In this document: positions 17,811 through 25,879 of the stretch, piece after piece | Numbering within the stretch: the stretch's first letter is position 1 | Layout: each line of letters starts with the position of its first letter | Assembly: GCA_045638785.1 (NCBI GenBank) | Contig: JAZUBW010000076.1 | Location: forward strand, 1-55,357 | Length of the DNA: 55,357 nucleotides | Direction: 5' to 3' | DNA from: Faecousia sp. | GTDB taxonomy: Bacteria > Bacillota > Clostridia > Oscillospirales > Oscillospiraceae | Program-made: the position numbers and the translations under genes | Notes under the pieces: generated by a model | Databases searched by the model: none | What the model saw: the letters and a program-made list of their open reading frames with translations, nothing else | Told to the model about the DNA's origin: nothing

Positions 17811-17994
17811 GTAGGGGCGGGTTTTTAACCCGCCCTTTCTTTTGTCTGCCTTCGGCAATCCGTAGGGGAGGGTCTTGACCCTCCCTCAGCGTCACAGCAG
17901 ATTGAGCAGTTTCGTATTGCGCATTAGCACTGTTTGCACGATTGTCATAGCCCCCAAATTGAAAGGGTTAGGGAGGGTCAAGACCTTCCACTAC
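17811..17994. repeat. GTAG-type REP palindromes including an inverted REP pair (REPIN-like)
   Basis: GTAGGGGCGGGTTTTTAACCCGCCC (17811); GTAGGGGAGGGTCTTGACCCTCCC (17862) and its inverted copy GGGAGGGTCAAGACCTTCCACTAC (17971-17994). Confidence 0.75.
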
Positions 17995-18009
17995 GAAATA
18001 TTCAAATTG

Positions 18010-18045
18010 AAAAACGGAGCCGCACAGTTCGTGCGGCTCCGTTTG
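18010..18045 (-). terminator. Intrinsic terminator
   Basis: AAACGGAGCCGCAC-AGTTC-GTGCGGCTCCGTTT. Confidence 0.8.
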
Positions 18046-18046
18046 C

Positions 18047-18856
18047 TTAATATGCAGTATCCAATGCTTTGATGGCATTTTTGATCTTATTGCCGTCGTA
18101 GCCGTTGGCAACGGCCTGGCGGTAATACCTCTCGTAATCCTCCGTTTCGCCCAGCAGCGCGCTGCAGATGGCTGCGCAGCTCAGGGCTTGGGGCATCTTG
18201 GGGTCCCGTTCCAGTGCACCTTCGGCGTATTCCAGCGCATCTTCATATTCGCCCTCCTTGAAATAAAGGGCGGCCAGATTGTTCCAGGGGAAAGCATTTG
18301 TGTCATCGCAGTCGATGGCCTGCTGATAGAAGTTCTGCGCATCCTCCAGTTTGCCCATGCGCATGCAGCACATGCCGGCGTTGGAAAGCAGGGTAGAATT
18401 GCGGCGGATCCGGAAGGCATCGGAATAATGCTTTACAGCATCCTCGTAAGCAGCCATGCCATCATAGCACAAAGCGGTGAAAACGGTCACGGCATAGATG
18501 TCATTCGTGGACTGGCATTCCTTCCGCAGCGCATTCAGCTTCTTGATACCGGCGGCGTAGCGGCTGAAATTAAAGTCGTCAATGGCGTTGTACAGCTTCT
18601 TCTCCAGCTTGGGCTCCTCAGCAAAAGCGCCGGTGACATACTCGGGATATGCCTTTTGATACACGATCTTTTTGTTGCTTACCTTATTACGGCGCTTGGG
18701 CCGGAACATGCCCACCAGGGCAGCAGCAATGATCAAAAGACCACGGGTCAGATTGCTGCCGGTCAGCTCCTTGGTTACAAGCCCCTGATAGGCCAGTAAG
18801 CCTGCCGCAGCCAGAATGACCAGGGAATACAGAATGTATGGGAGTGCTTTTTTCAT
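18047..18856 (-). CDS. Membrane-anchored tetratricopeptide repeat protein
   Basis: Two N-terminal TM helices, TPR motifs (SNAGMCCMRMGKLEDA; WNNLAALYFKEGEYEDA). Confidence 0.88.
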   Translation of the reverse strand: MKKALPYILYSLVILAAAGLLAYQGLVTKELTGSNLTRGLLIIAAALVGMFRPKRRNKVSNKKIVYQKAYPEYVTGAFAEEPKLEKKLYNAIDDFNFSRYAAGIKKLNALRKECQSTNDIYAVTVFTALCYDGMAAYEDAVKHYSDAFRIRRNSTLLSNAGMCCMRMGKLEDAQNFYQQAIDCDDTNAFPWNNLAALYFKEGEYEDALEYAEGALERDPKMPQALSCAAICSALLGETEDYERYYRQAVANGYDGNKIKNAIKALDTAY

Positions 18857-18870
18857 AAAATCTCCTTTTG

Positions 18871-18900
18871 AAAAACCCACTGCGGAAGCAGTGGGTTTTT
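18871..18900 (-). terminator. glnS terminator
   Basis: AAAAACCCACTGC-GGAA-GCAGTGGGTTTTT. Confidence 0.85.
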
Positions 18901-18905
18901 ACAAT

Positions 18906-20588
18906 TTAGTTACCGGGCTTGAAGCTGTCCTTCAGGCTGACGCTTCTGTTGAACACCAGATGCTCAGCGGTGGAGTCCTTGCTGTCGGGGGTAAAATAGC
19001 CCAAACGCATGAACTGGAAGCTCTGACCGGGCTCGGCCTTTGCCAAAGATGCCTCCAGCTTACAATTCTGCAGAACCTCCAGAGAGTTGGGGTTCAGATC
19101 CTTGACCAGGGTCTCCATGCTGGAGGTGTCGGGATCGGTGGCGTTGAACAGGTTGTCATACAGACGGACCTCAGCATCCACAGCGGTCTCGGCATCCACC
19201 CAGTGGATGGTAGCGCCCTTGACCTTGCGGCCGTCAGCGGGGTCACCGCCACGGGATTCGGGATCATAGGTAGCCAGCACTTCGGTGATGTTGCCGTTCT
19301 CGTCGGTGTTGTAGCCGGTGCACTGGATCAGGTAAGCACCCTTCAGGCGGCACTCAGGTCCATTGGGGAACAGACGCTTGTACTTCGGAATGGGCTCAGC
19401 CAGGAAGTCGTCGGCCTCAATCCAGAGATTGCGGGAGAAGGTAACCTCACGGGTGCCATCCTCAGGACGGTTGGGGTTGTTCTCCACTTCCATGGTTTCG
19501 GTCTGACCCTCGGGGTAGTTGGTGATGGTCAGCTTGATGGGCTTCAGCACGCCCATGACACGGGCGGCAGATTCGTTCAGATCCTCACGCAGGCAGAAAT
19601 CCAGGAATGCCAGGGGGATGGTGTTGGGGCTCTTAGCCACGCCGACACGCTCGCAGAAATTGCGGATGGAAGCGGGGGTGAAGCCACGGCGGCGCATACC
19701 GCACAGGGTGGGCATTCTGGGGTCGTCCCAGCCGGCCACATAGCCTTCCTCCACCAGTGCGCGCAGATAGCGCTTAGAAAGCACGGTGTGGTCGATGCCC
19801 AGGCGGGCAAACTCGATCTGGCGGGGCTTGTGGGGCACGGAAACATTGTCCACAACCCAGTTGTACAGGGGTCTGTGGTTCTCAAACTCCAGGGAGCACA
19901 GGGAGTGAGTGATACCCTCCAGGGCGTCCTGAATGGGATGGGCAAAGTCGTACATGGGATAGATACACCACTTGTCACCCTGGCGGTGATGGTGCATGTG
20001 ACGGATGCGGTAGATGACGGGGTCACGCATGTTGAAGTTGCCGGATGCCAGGTCGATCTTGGCGCGCAGGGTGTACTTGTTGTCCTCGAATTCACCGGCG
20101 CGCATCCGGGCGAACAGATCCAGGCTCTCCTCAATGGGACGGTCACGCCAGGGGGAGGTGGCGGGGGTGTTCAGATCGCCACGGAACTCTCTGGCCTGCT
20201 CGGGGGTCAGCTCGCAGACATAGGCCAGACCCTTCTTGATCAGCTCTACGGCAAACTCATAGTCCTTCTCAAAATAATCGGAGCCGTAGAAGAAGCGGTC
20301 GCCCCAGTCAAAGCCCAGCCAGTGGATATCCTCCTTGATGGCCTCGACAAACTCCACATCTTCCTTGGTGGGGTTGGTGTCGTCCATACGCAGGTTGCAC
20401 AGACCGTTGTACTTTTCGGCGGTGCCGAAGTCGATGATCAGGGCCTTGCAGTGGCCGATGTGCAGGTAGCCATTGGGCTCAGGAGGGAAACGGGTGTGCA
20501 CGGTGCGGCCTGCATACTGACCGCCCTCGGCGATGTCCTCGTCGATAAATGCGTGGATGAAATTCTTGCTTTCGGTGATTTCAGCCAT
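18906..20588 (-). CDS. glnS: Glutamine-tRNA ligase
   Basis: TRFPPEPNGYLHIGH, WCIYPMYDFAHP, ITHSLCSLEF, GWDDPRMPT. Confidence 0.97.
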   Translation of the reverse strand: MAEITESKNFIHAFIDEDIAEGGQYAGRTVHTRFPPEPNGYLHIGHCKALIIDFGTAEKYNGLCNLRMDDTNPTKEDVEFVEAIKEDIHWLGFDWGDRFFYGSDYFEKDYEFAVELIKKGLAYVCELTPEQAREFRGDLNTPATSPWRDRPIEESLDLFARMRAGEFEDNKYTLRAKIDLASGNFNMRDPVIYRIRHMHHHRQGDKWCIYPMYDFAHPIQDALEGITHSLCSLEFENHRPLYNWVVDNVSVPHKPRQIEFARLGIDHTVLSKRYLRALVEEGYVAGWDDPRMPTLCGMRRRGFTPASIRNFCERVGVAKSPNTIPLAFLDFCLREDLNESAARVMGVLKPIKLTITNYPEGQTETMEVENNPNRPEDGTREVTFSRNLWIEADDFLAEPIPKYKRLFPNGPECRLKGAYLIQCTGYNTDENGNITEVLATYDPESRGGDPADGRKVKGATIHWVDAETAVDAEVRLYDNLFNATDPDTSSMETLVKDLNPNSLEVLQNCKLEASLAKAEPGQSFQFMRLGYFTPDSKDSTAEHLVFNRSVSLKDSFKPGN

Positions 20589-20629
20589 ATTTTCAAACCT
20601 CTCTTTGGGTAAATTTCCAATAATGTCCC

Positions 20630-20658
20630 ATTATAACCCATCGTTGCAGATTTTGCAA
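20630..20658 (-). promoter_or_regulatory. sigA promoter of glnS
   Basis: Minus strand TTGCAA-N17-TATAAT. Confidence 0.7.
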
Positions 20659-20727
20659 CCAAAAATGCCGCACAAAAGCAAAATTCTCCCAAAGTGGAAA
20701 GTGTCAAAATTGCACAAGACTAAAAAG

Positions 20728-20754
20728 TATGGGAGGGGCAGTGCCCCTCCCATA
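20728..20754. repeat. REP-like palindrome/terminator at island boundary
   Basis: TATGGGAGGGGCA-G-TGCCCCTCCCATA; same core recurs at 21323, 23449 and 27193. Confidence 0.7.
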
Positions 20755-20757
20755 GTG

Positions 20758-21255
20758 CTAATTCAAAGGTATTTGAGGACGACTTTGCTCTGTGATTCCC
20801 TGTTGCTCGTAATGGTCATACTCGATGTTCAAGGGTTTCGATGGATATTTCTCCATTTCCACAAGGATGTGCATACCACTTATGGAATCAGAGTCGAAGC
20901 CTTCTGCTGTTTGCTTTAGATAAATTGTGACATTATACTCCGATTCGTAGATTTTTTCGACCACATAGTTTTGTGAACACATGTCCTGGGGAATGTAAAG
21001 CATAATCAGAATCTTGGATCGGAAGAAACCATCGTCATAAGATAACAGTGCATTGCGAATCTTGACATGTGCGTTTTTTGCACTGGCATCCCGTTCGGCT
21101 ATGTTCTGTATTGTTGTAACTGTGGGATAGCCAGCATTTGTGTCATAACCTGTATATAGATAGGTGGCATGAAATTCCTTTTCACCGAGTTCGTGGGGCA
21201 CACAGGCACACAGTAGAAAAAGAGCAGCGATCAGTAAAACAAAAATCCGTTTCAT
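20758..21255 (-). CDS. Lipoprotein, paralog of 25016..25468 (possibly PrcB C-terminal-like)
   Basis: LLCA-C lipobox; YP...ERDA...YDDGFF...ILVEM pattern shared with the paralog. Confidence 0.8.
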   Translation of the reverse strand: MKRIFVLLIAALFLLCACVPHELGEKEFHATYLYTGYDTNAGYPTVTTIQNIAERDASAKNAHVKIRNALLSYDDGFFRSKILIMLYIPQDMCSQNYVVEKIYESEYNVTIYLKQTAEGFDSDSISGMHILVEMEKYPSKPLNIEYDHYEQQGITEQSRPQIPLN

Positions 21256-21338
21256 AAACATGGCTCCTTTCTGCTTTGACATGAGAGTCAAAGGGGATGG
21301 TGTTGTGTCTTACTGTTTCCATGTAGGAGAGGGACAGT

Positions 21339-21498
21339 GCCCCTCCCGGAATTTGTGTGAAATGCTGGTTCAGTTTTCAGTATCGTTCGTTGCGCTGTTT
21401 TTATAGCGGCGATTATGCCATTGCGTAGGAAACATGGCTGCTTTCTTCCTGCGGATGCGCCGGATAAACCAGATTGCCGTAATACAGGCAGCGATCAG
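21339..21498. repeat. 160-bp direct repeat copy 1 (copy 2 at 23465..23624)
   Basis: Manual alignment: 3 mismatches in 160 bp. Confidence 0.95.
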
Positions 21499-22194
21499 CA
21501 GGATCAAAATCACCGGAGGCCAGATGAGATGCTGCATTCTGCCCAGCCAGGTCTCGCCGGGCTGTAACGGAATATCCCACACCAGCTCGTAGTAAGCAAA
21601 CAAAGCAGTAAAATAGTTGCGGGAAAGCAGTCGGCTGTAAATCGTTTTTTCTGCGTCCGTGGGATAATCATGAGTCGCATGAACATAAAAATCCACATAC
21701 CCCAGGTTCCAGTCAATCCTTCTCAACTGCCCGCCATAATAACGGTATCGCAACGGTCCCCGGACAATGATACCGGACTCGTCTGTGTTTACAGTACGCA
21801 TGTCTGCTGAAACCAGAGACATGCGTAGTTTGTTCTGCGGCCGTTCTATCAGATTTTTCTGCGCCATAATAAAAGTAAGCGACTGATTATTTTTGTCTGT
21901 GACTAAGTACTCTGCGCGATATTCAAATAGATACCAGCTGTCATTTAACGATACATAATCTGGCCCTGTGTATCCTTTGTATTCGCCAAGAACCTGAATG
22001 TGTTCATATCGTACATAATAAGACGGCAAATCCAACTGTTCTATGATTTCCAGATAGTTATCATAATCACTTATCCTTATCATTATGTCGGTGTTTGCGT
22101 GGGCTTCTTGTGCCAGACTACAGAAAACACCGAACAGGATAAAGATGATCAAAAGCAAACAAATCGTACATTTGAGAAACTGCTTAATCTTCAT
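21370..22194 (-). CDS. Exported, C-terminally anchored hypothetical protein, paralog A
   Basis: Signal peptide; YVRYEHI, RGPL.Y.Y, SRLLS, IPLQPGE, TM, RRIRRKK. Confidence 0.85.
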   Translation of the reverse strand: MKIKQFLKCTICLLLIIFILFGVFCSLAQEAHANTDIMIRISDYDNYLEIIEQLDLPSYYVRYEHIQVLGEYKGYTGPDYVSLNDSWYLFEYRAEYLVTDKNNQSLTFIMAQKNLIERPQNKLRMSLVSADMRTVNTDESGIIVRGPLRYRYYGGQLRRIDWNLGYVDFYVHATHDYPTDAEKTIYSRLLSRNYFTALFAYYELVWDIPLQPGETWLGRMQHLIWPPVILILLIAACITAIWFIRRIRRKKAAMFPTQWHNRRYKNSATNDTEN

Positions 22195-22918
22195 GACGCA
22201 TCCTCCTTCTGCGGCGTTCTATCCAAACACAGGCGACAGCACCACATACAACCAACAATACTGCGGTACTGATTGCAATTGTGCGGTAAGGTGCTCTGTT
22301 GAAAATTGACTCTCCGGGCTGTAGAGGAATACCGCTCATCAGTTCTCTGTATGCGGTGAGTGCGATCTCCCGATCAGGGGAAAGAAGTCGGCTGAGGATG
22401 GTCTCTTCTTTGTCCATTGGGTAATTGTCTAGTGAGCGATATCCGCTGAGTGAGAATTCCACATTGCCTGCAATCCAGAGAATACTGGTAAGCTTGCCGT
22501 TGGTATATTGATAGTGTAGGGGTCCTCGCCGGATGGTTCCGCTCTCGTTCGTGGGGAGGCTAAGCATATCCGCCAGATTATCAGGCATAACCAGGTAGGT
22601 TCTGTTGTCTTTAAGAAAGCTTTTCGGCTTCACATCAAATGATCCCTCAAAGCCGTTCCTGTCGATGATCTTGTAGTGGACATAATAGCTCTGAGAATCG
22701 CCTGAAAATAAAACAAAATCACCAAGGACCCGGATGTGCTCATAGCGAACATAAAAATCTGGCACATCCAGTTTTTTGATCTCTTCCAGGTATTCTTCGT
22801 AACTGTTTGCGGTGGGGTGACTAACTCTAAGGGCCAATGTGCTGTTGGCACAAGCGATGAGGAGCAGCACGATTAAGAGAAATCGAAAAAAATGCCTACA
22901 GATAGTATGTTTTTTCAT
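22184..22918 (-). CDS. Exported, C-terminally anchored hypothetical protein, paralog B
   Basis: Same motifs; AGGAGG RBS; overlaps paralog A by 11 nt. Confidence 0.85.
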   Translation of the reverse strand: MKKHTICRHFFRFLLIVLLLIACANSTLALRVSHPTANSYEEYLEEIKKLDVPDFYVRYEHIRVLGDFVLFSGDSQSYYVHYKIIDRNGFEGSFDVKPKSFLKDNRTYLVMPDNLADMLSLPTNESGTIRRGPLHYQYTNGKLTSILWIAGNVEFSLSGYRSLDNYPMDKEETILSRLLSPDREIALTAYRELMSGIPLQPGESIFNRAPYRTIAISTAVLLVVCGAVACVWIERRRRRMRHED

Positions 22919-22962
22919 AAAAGACCTCCTGCGTTGGGATCCGATTGTGCCTCAGCGGTGGC

Positions 22963-23430
22963 TCAGCGCGACTTTGTCGCAACATGATACCATCCGTCGC
23001 CGATTGATTTAACACTTGCAATTGCTGCCTCATCAGGCGAATTGACCCAAGTAGGTTTTCTGCTGGGAGAGTAGACCAAAGCATATTGCCCATTGGTTGT
23101 ACAAAATGTGATCCTGTCACCGTGTATTCTGATCACATCCAGACCAGCATCTTTGCTTGGAAATCCGTTACGGTCGATGGCTTCCAGTGAGGAAAGAACT
23201 TCACCTGGCAGCTACAGGTATTCGCCCGTTTCGGGGTCATACAAATAAACGCCGTCTTTGCAACCAACGGACAGGTATTTATCATATGCGTCAGGATATT
23301 GTGCCTGAATATAATCCTTTACACTTGGAAGTCATGGGCATACCGGTCATAATCTGCAGATGCGCCCCAGCTTTGGCTCAGATTGGACCACTGCGCGGTG
23401 CTTTCGGTCCAGATGATGCTGTGAAAGAGT
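22963..23430 (-). pseudogene. 5'-truncated pseudogene of a hypothetical protein
   Basis: Protein-like reading LFHSIIWTES...YAHDFQ / frameshift near 23322 / VKDYIQAQYPD...GEYL* (TAG 23212-23214) LPGEV...KSIGDGWYHVATKSR*. Confidence 0.65.
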
Positions 23431-23464
23431 GGCAGGGGACGGCCCTATGCAGGGGAAGGGCAGC

Positions 23465-23624
23465 GCCCCTCCCGGAATTTGTGTGAAATGCTGGTTCAGT
23501 TTTCGGTATCGTCCGTTGCGCTGTTTTTATAGCGGCGATTATGCCATTGCGTAGGAAACATGGCTGCTTTCTTCCTGCGGATGTGCCGGATAAACCAGAT
23601 TGCCGTAATACAGGCAGCGATCAG
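23465..23624. repeat. 160-bp direct repeat copy 2
   Basis: Matches 21339..21498 at offset 2126. Confidence 0.95.
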
Positions 23625-24395
23625 AAGAATGAAACACAGCACGGGCAAAAGAATGTACTGTATGCGACTGAACCATGTTTCGCCCGACTGTAGCGGAATA
23701 TCCCTGATCAGCGTATAATAAGCAGACAGAGCTACCAGATAATTACGCGACAGCAATCGATTACAGATCGTATTTTCCCTATCCGTGGGGTAGGTTGCTA
23801 GTTTTATATCTGCGTCACCTTTCAATGTGCTTGACTTATATGGATTTGGAAATAGGTGAAAACATCTATCTCCCATAAACCATTGTACACCGGTAAGTTC
23901 GCCCTTGGAATAGCGATAAATAAGTGGTCCACGTACAATATATCCGGTTTCATCGGAGTTTAGATGGCGCATATCATGTAAACCGGAGGGCATTGAAATG
24001 GCTTCTTTTTCTACCCTTTCCTTTGGTACTGTGGTGGTAAGTTCTCCAATGTATAGTGCTAATTCAAACGAATTCTGATCTACAACTATGTAATACAATG
24101 TTTCATCTAGAAATATATCACCAACAGGACGATTCACAGGATCAGGATACGGATAATGTGGCCCTACAAACATTCCGAACGCACCAAGGGCCTTGATCTG
24201 TTCATAGCGGATAAGATGGTCTGTAAACGCGGGCATTTCTGTGATTTCCAGGTATTCTTCATAACTATCTGCGCTTACATTAGGTGTTTCCAGAGCGAGT
24301 ACATTTATGGAAAGGAAGCCCAAAAAGGAAAATAACAATAAAACTGTAATCAGGATAAATAAGATACGCTTATGAAAATACAACTCTGTCATCAT
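23496..24395 (-). CDS. Exported, C-terminally anchored hypothetical protein, paralog C
   Basis: SYEEYLEI, IRYEQI, RGPLIYRY, NRLLSRNY, IPLQSGE, TM; start uncertain among ATGs 24392-24401. Confidence 0.85.
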   Translation of the reverse strand: MMTELYFHKRILFILITVLLLFSFLGFLSINVLALETPNVSADSYEEYLEITEMPAFTDHLIRYEQIKALGAFGMFVGPHYPYPDPVNRPVGDIFLDETLYYIVVDQNSFELALYIGELTTTVPKERVEKEAISMPSGLHDMRHLNSDETGYIVRGPLIYRYSKGELTGVQWFMGDRCFHLFPNPYKSSTLKGDADIKLATYPTDRENTICNRLLSRNYLVALSAYYTLIRDIPLQSGETWFSRIQYILLPVLCFILLIAACITAIWFIRHIRRKKAAMFPTQWHNRRYKNSATDDTEN

Positions 24396-24939
24396 TATCA
24401 TCTCCTCCTTGCTCCCCTTGTTGAATCGTGACTATATCATTGTGCATGAATTCACGACAGCCGGGACAGAAAAATACCTGTGATAATTCTCGAATATCTT
24501 CCTGAGACTCACCATACAGACAGTTTGTATAGAATTCAGCGTTGGCAACATTGCTATCATTCATACTCTGTGTTGAATCACCGCTTCCACCATAATGGTC
24601 AGGTGCACCAACAAGATGGCCAAATTCATGTATCAGTGTTATCAGTTCGTCCTCGACCGACCGGTGGTCTGCTACAGCTGCCAATCCGTACAGCGGGGAT
24701 GAAAGCCCCCACGGAATGCTTCCGTCGCCCAAATAATACACATAGTCCATTTGTCCGCCACCGGTAAATGCATTAGGCTCACCCAGCATTTCTTTAACTT
24801 CGTCTTTCGTCATGCCTAAACGGATGTGCTTGGCCAGATGTGTGTTCCCGCAGGTCATGTGAAAAACAACATAGGCAGCACAGAGAAGTAGCAGGGAAAT
24901 TGCGATGATGATAGCAATATAGGCAAGTTTGTTTTTCAT
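24370..24939 (-). CDS. Apparent chimera: TM plus SmpA/BamE-like start fused to a zinc-metalloprotease C-terminal segment
   Basis: IRLGMTKDEVKEMLGEP...YVYYLGDGS then HEFGHLVGAPDH, CLYG, FCPGC. Confidence 0.7.
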   Translation of the reverse strand: MKNKLAYIAIIIAISLLLLCAAYVVFHMTCGNTHLAKHIRLGMTKDEVKEMLGEPNAFTGGGQMDYVYYLGDGSIPWGLSSPLYGLAAVADHRSVEDELITLIHEFGHLVGAPDHYGGSGDSTQSMNDSNVANAEFYTNCLYGESQEDIRELSQVFFCPGCREFMHNDIVTIQQGEQGGDDNDDRVVFS

Positions 24940-25015
24940 GCTAATTACCTCCTAATGGACATCATTGGCCGGCCGAATAGAAGCGCACAATTACTTTTCC
25001 AATCCATTCTAAGGA

Positions 25016-25468
25016 TCAATCGTATTCAATCCGGATGTTTTCCGGCTCGCAGTCCCAGCTTTTGTCCATTTCCACCAGGATCGTCATACTGCCCAAGGCA
25101 TGAACTTCACCTTCGGTGTGTGCCTTTTTGAGAACAAAGGTGGTAGCCTCATTTGTCTGGTAGACCTTTTCCACGGTATACCGGTGAGAGGCGCTGGACA
25201 TGGAAATTGACAGGACAAACACGATTCGATTGTCGAAAAAAAGATCGTTATATTCGAAAAGTGTTTCTTGAATTTGCTTGTTCTTCACAGATGTGCTAAA
25301 CGCATCCCGTTCTTCGGTGTTGTGGAGTACGGCGATTATGGGGTAGCTTGCATCTTCATCATAGCCGAGGCCTCCAAAATAGTGGGCTACATACTCGTTT
25401 TCATTGGGTCCGCAGCCGCAAAGCAGGAGCAAAATGGCTGCCATCATGAGCGCCAGGAATTTTTTCAT
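25016..25468 (-). CDS. Lipoprotein, paralog of 20758..21255
   Basis: LLCG-C lipobox; GYDEDASYP...ERDAF...YNDLFF...ILVEMDK...IEYD. Confidence 0.82.
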   Translation of the reverse strand: MKKFLALMMAAILLLLCGCGPNENEYVAHYFGGLGYDEDASYPIIAVLHNTEERDAFSTSVKNKQIQETLFEYNDLFFDNRIVFVLSISMSSASHRYTVEKVYQTNEATTFVLKKAHTEGEVHALGSMTILVEMDKSWDCEPENIRIEYD

Positions 25469-25879
25469 GGTCACACTTCCTTTCTGCGTGGGAATCTGTG
25501 TCTGAATGTTTACATATGACGAGGCGTACATTCGTTAGAAAACCCTTCCATCTAAGGTATAACAAAAATAGAAAATTACCTTCTCATTTATTTAGTAAGG
25601 AAAAAACAGAAAAGATCACATTAAAAATGAAAAAATATGGAAAAATTTTACTTGTAAGTAGGTCTGCAGCCGCAAAGCGGGCGCATAATGCCTCCCATCT
25701 GATCTGAAACTGAGTGGTTACATGAAATATTTTAATATTACAAAAAACAAATGTCAACAAATTGTGGACATAAAGTTTGTAAATAAAAGAAAAACTTTCA
25801 TAATTGCAAAAATTTTAGTTGTCATTTTGTCGTTCTTATATTAAAATGGGGAAAGGATATGGAAAAGGAGTGATATCGC

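Noticed and set aside
23157-23486. Plus-strand 109-aa ORF in the island
   Set aside because: Antisense to the minus-strand pseudogene; no RBS
21339-23624. Diversity-generating retroelement TR/VR pair
   Set aside because: The 3 mismatches are mixed transitions (T/C, A/G, G/A on the coding strand), not adenine-specific; the repeat covers the anchor rather than a variable domain; no reverse transcriptase in the window
20728-25540. Integron cassette array or prophage
   Set aside because: No integrase; hairpins lack attC RYYYAAC/GTTRRRY ends; no phage genes
25540-25860. Replication origin in the AT-rich spacer
   Set aside because: No TTATCCACA DnaA boxes or dnaA context; consistent with divergent promoter DNA
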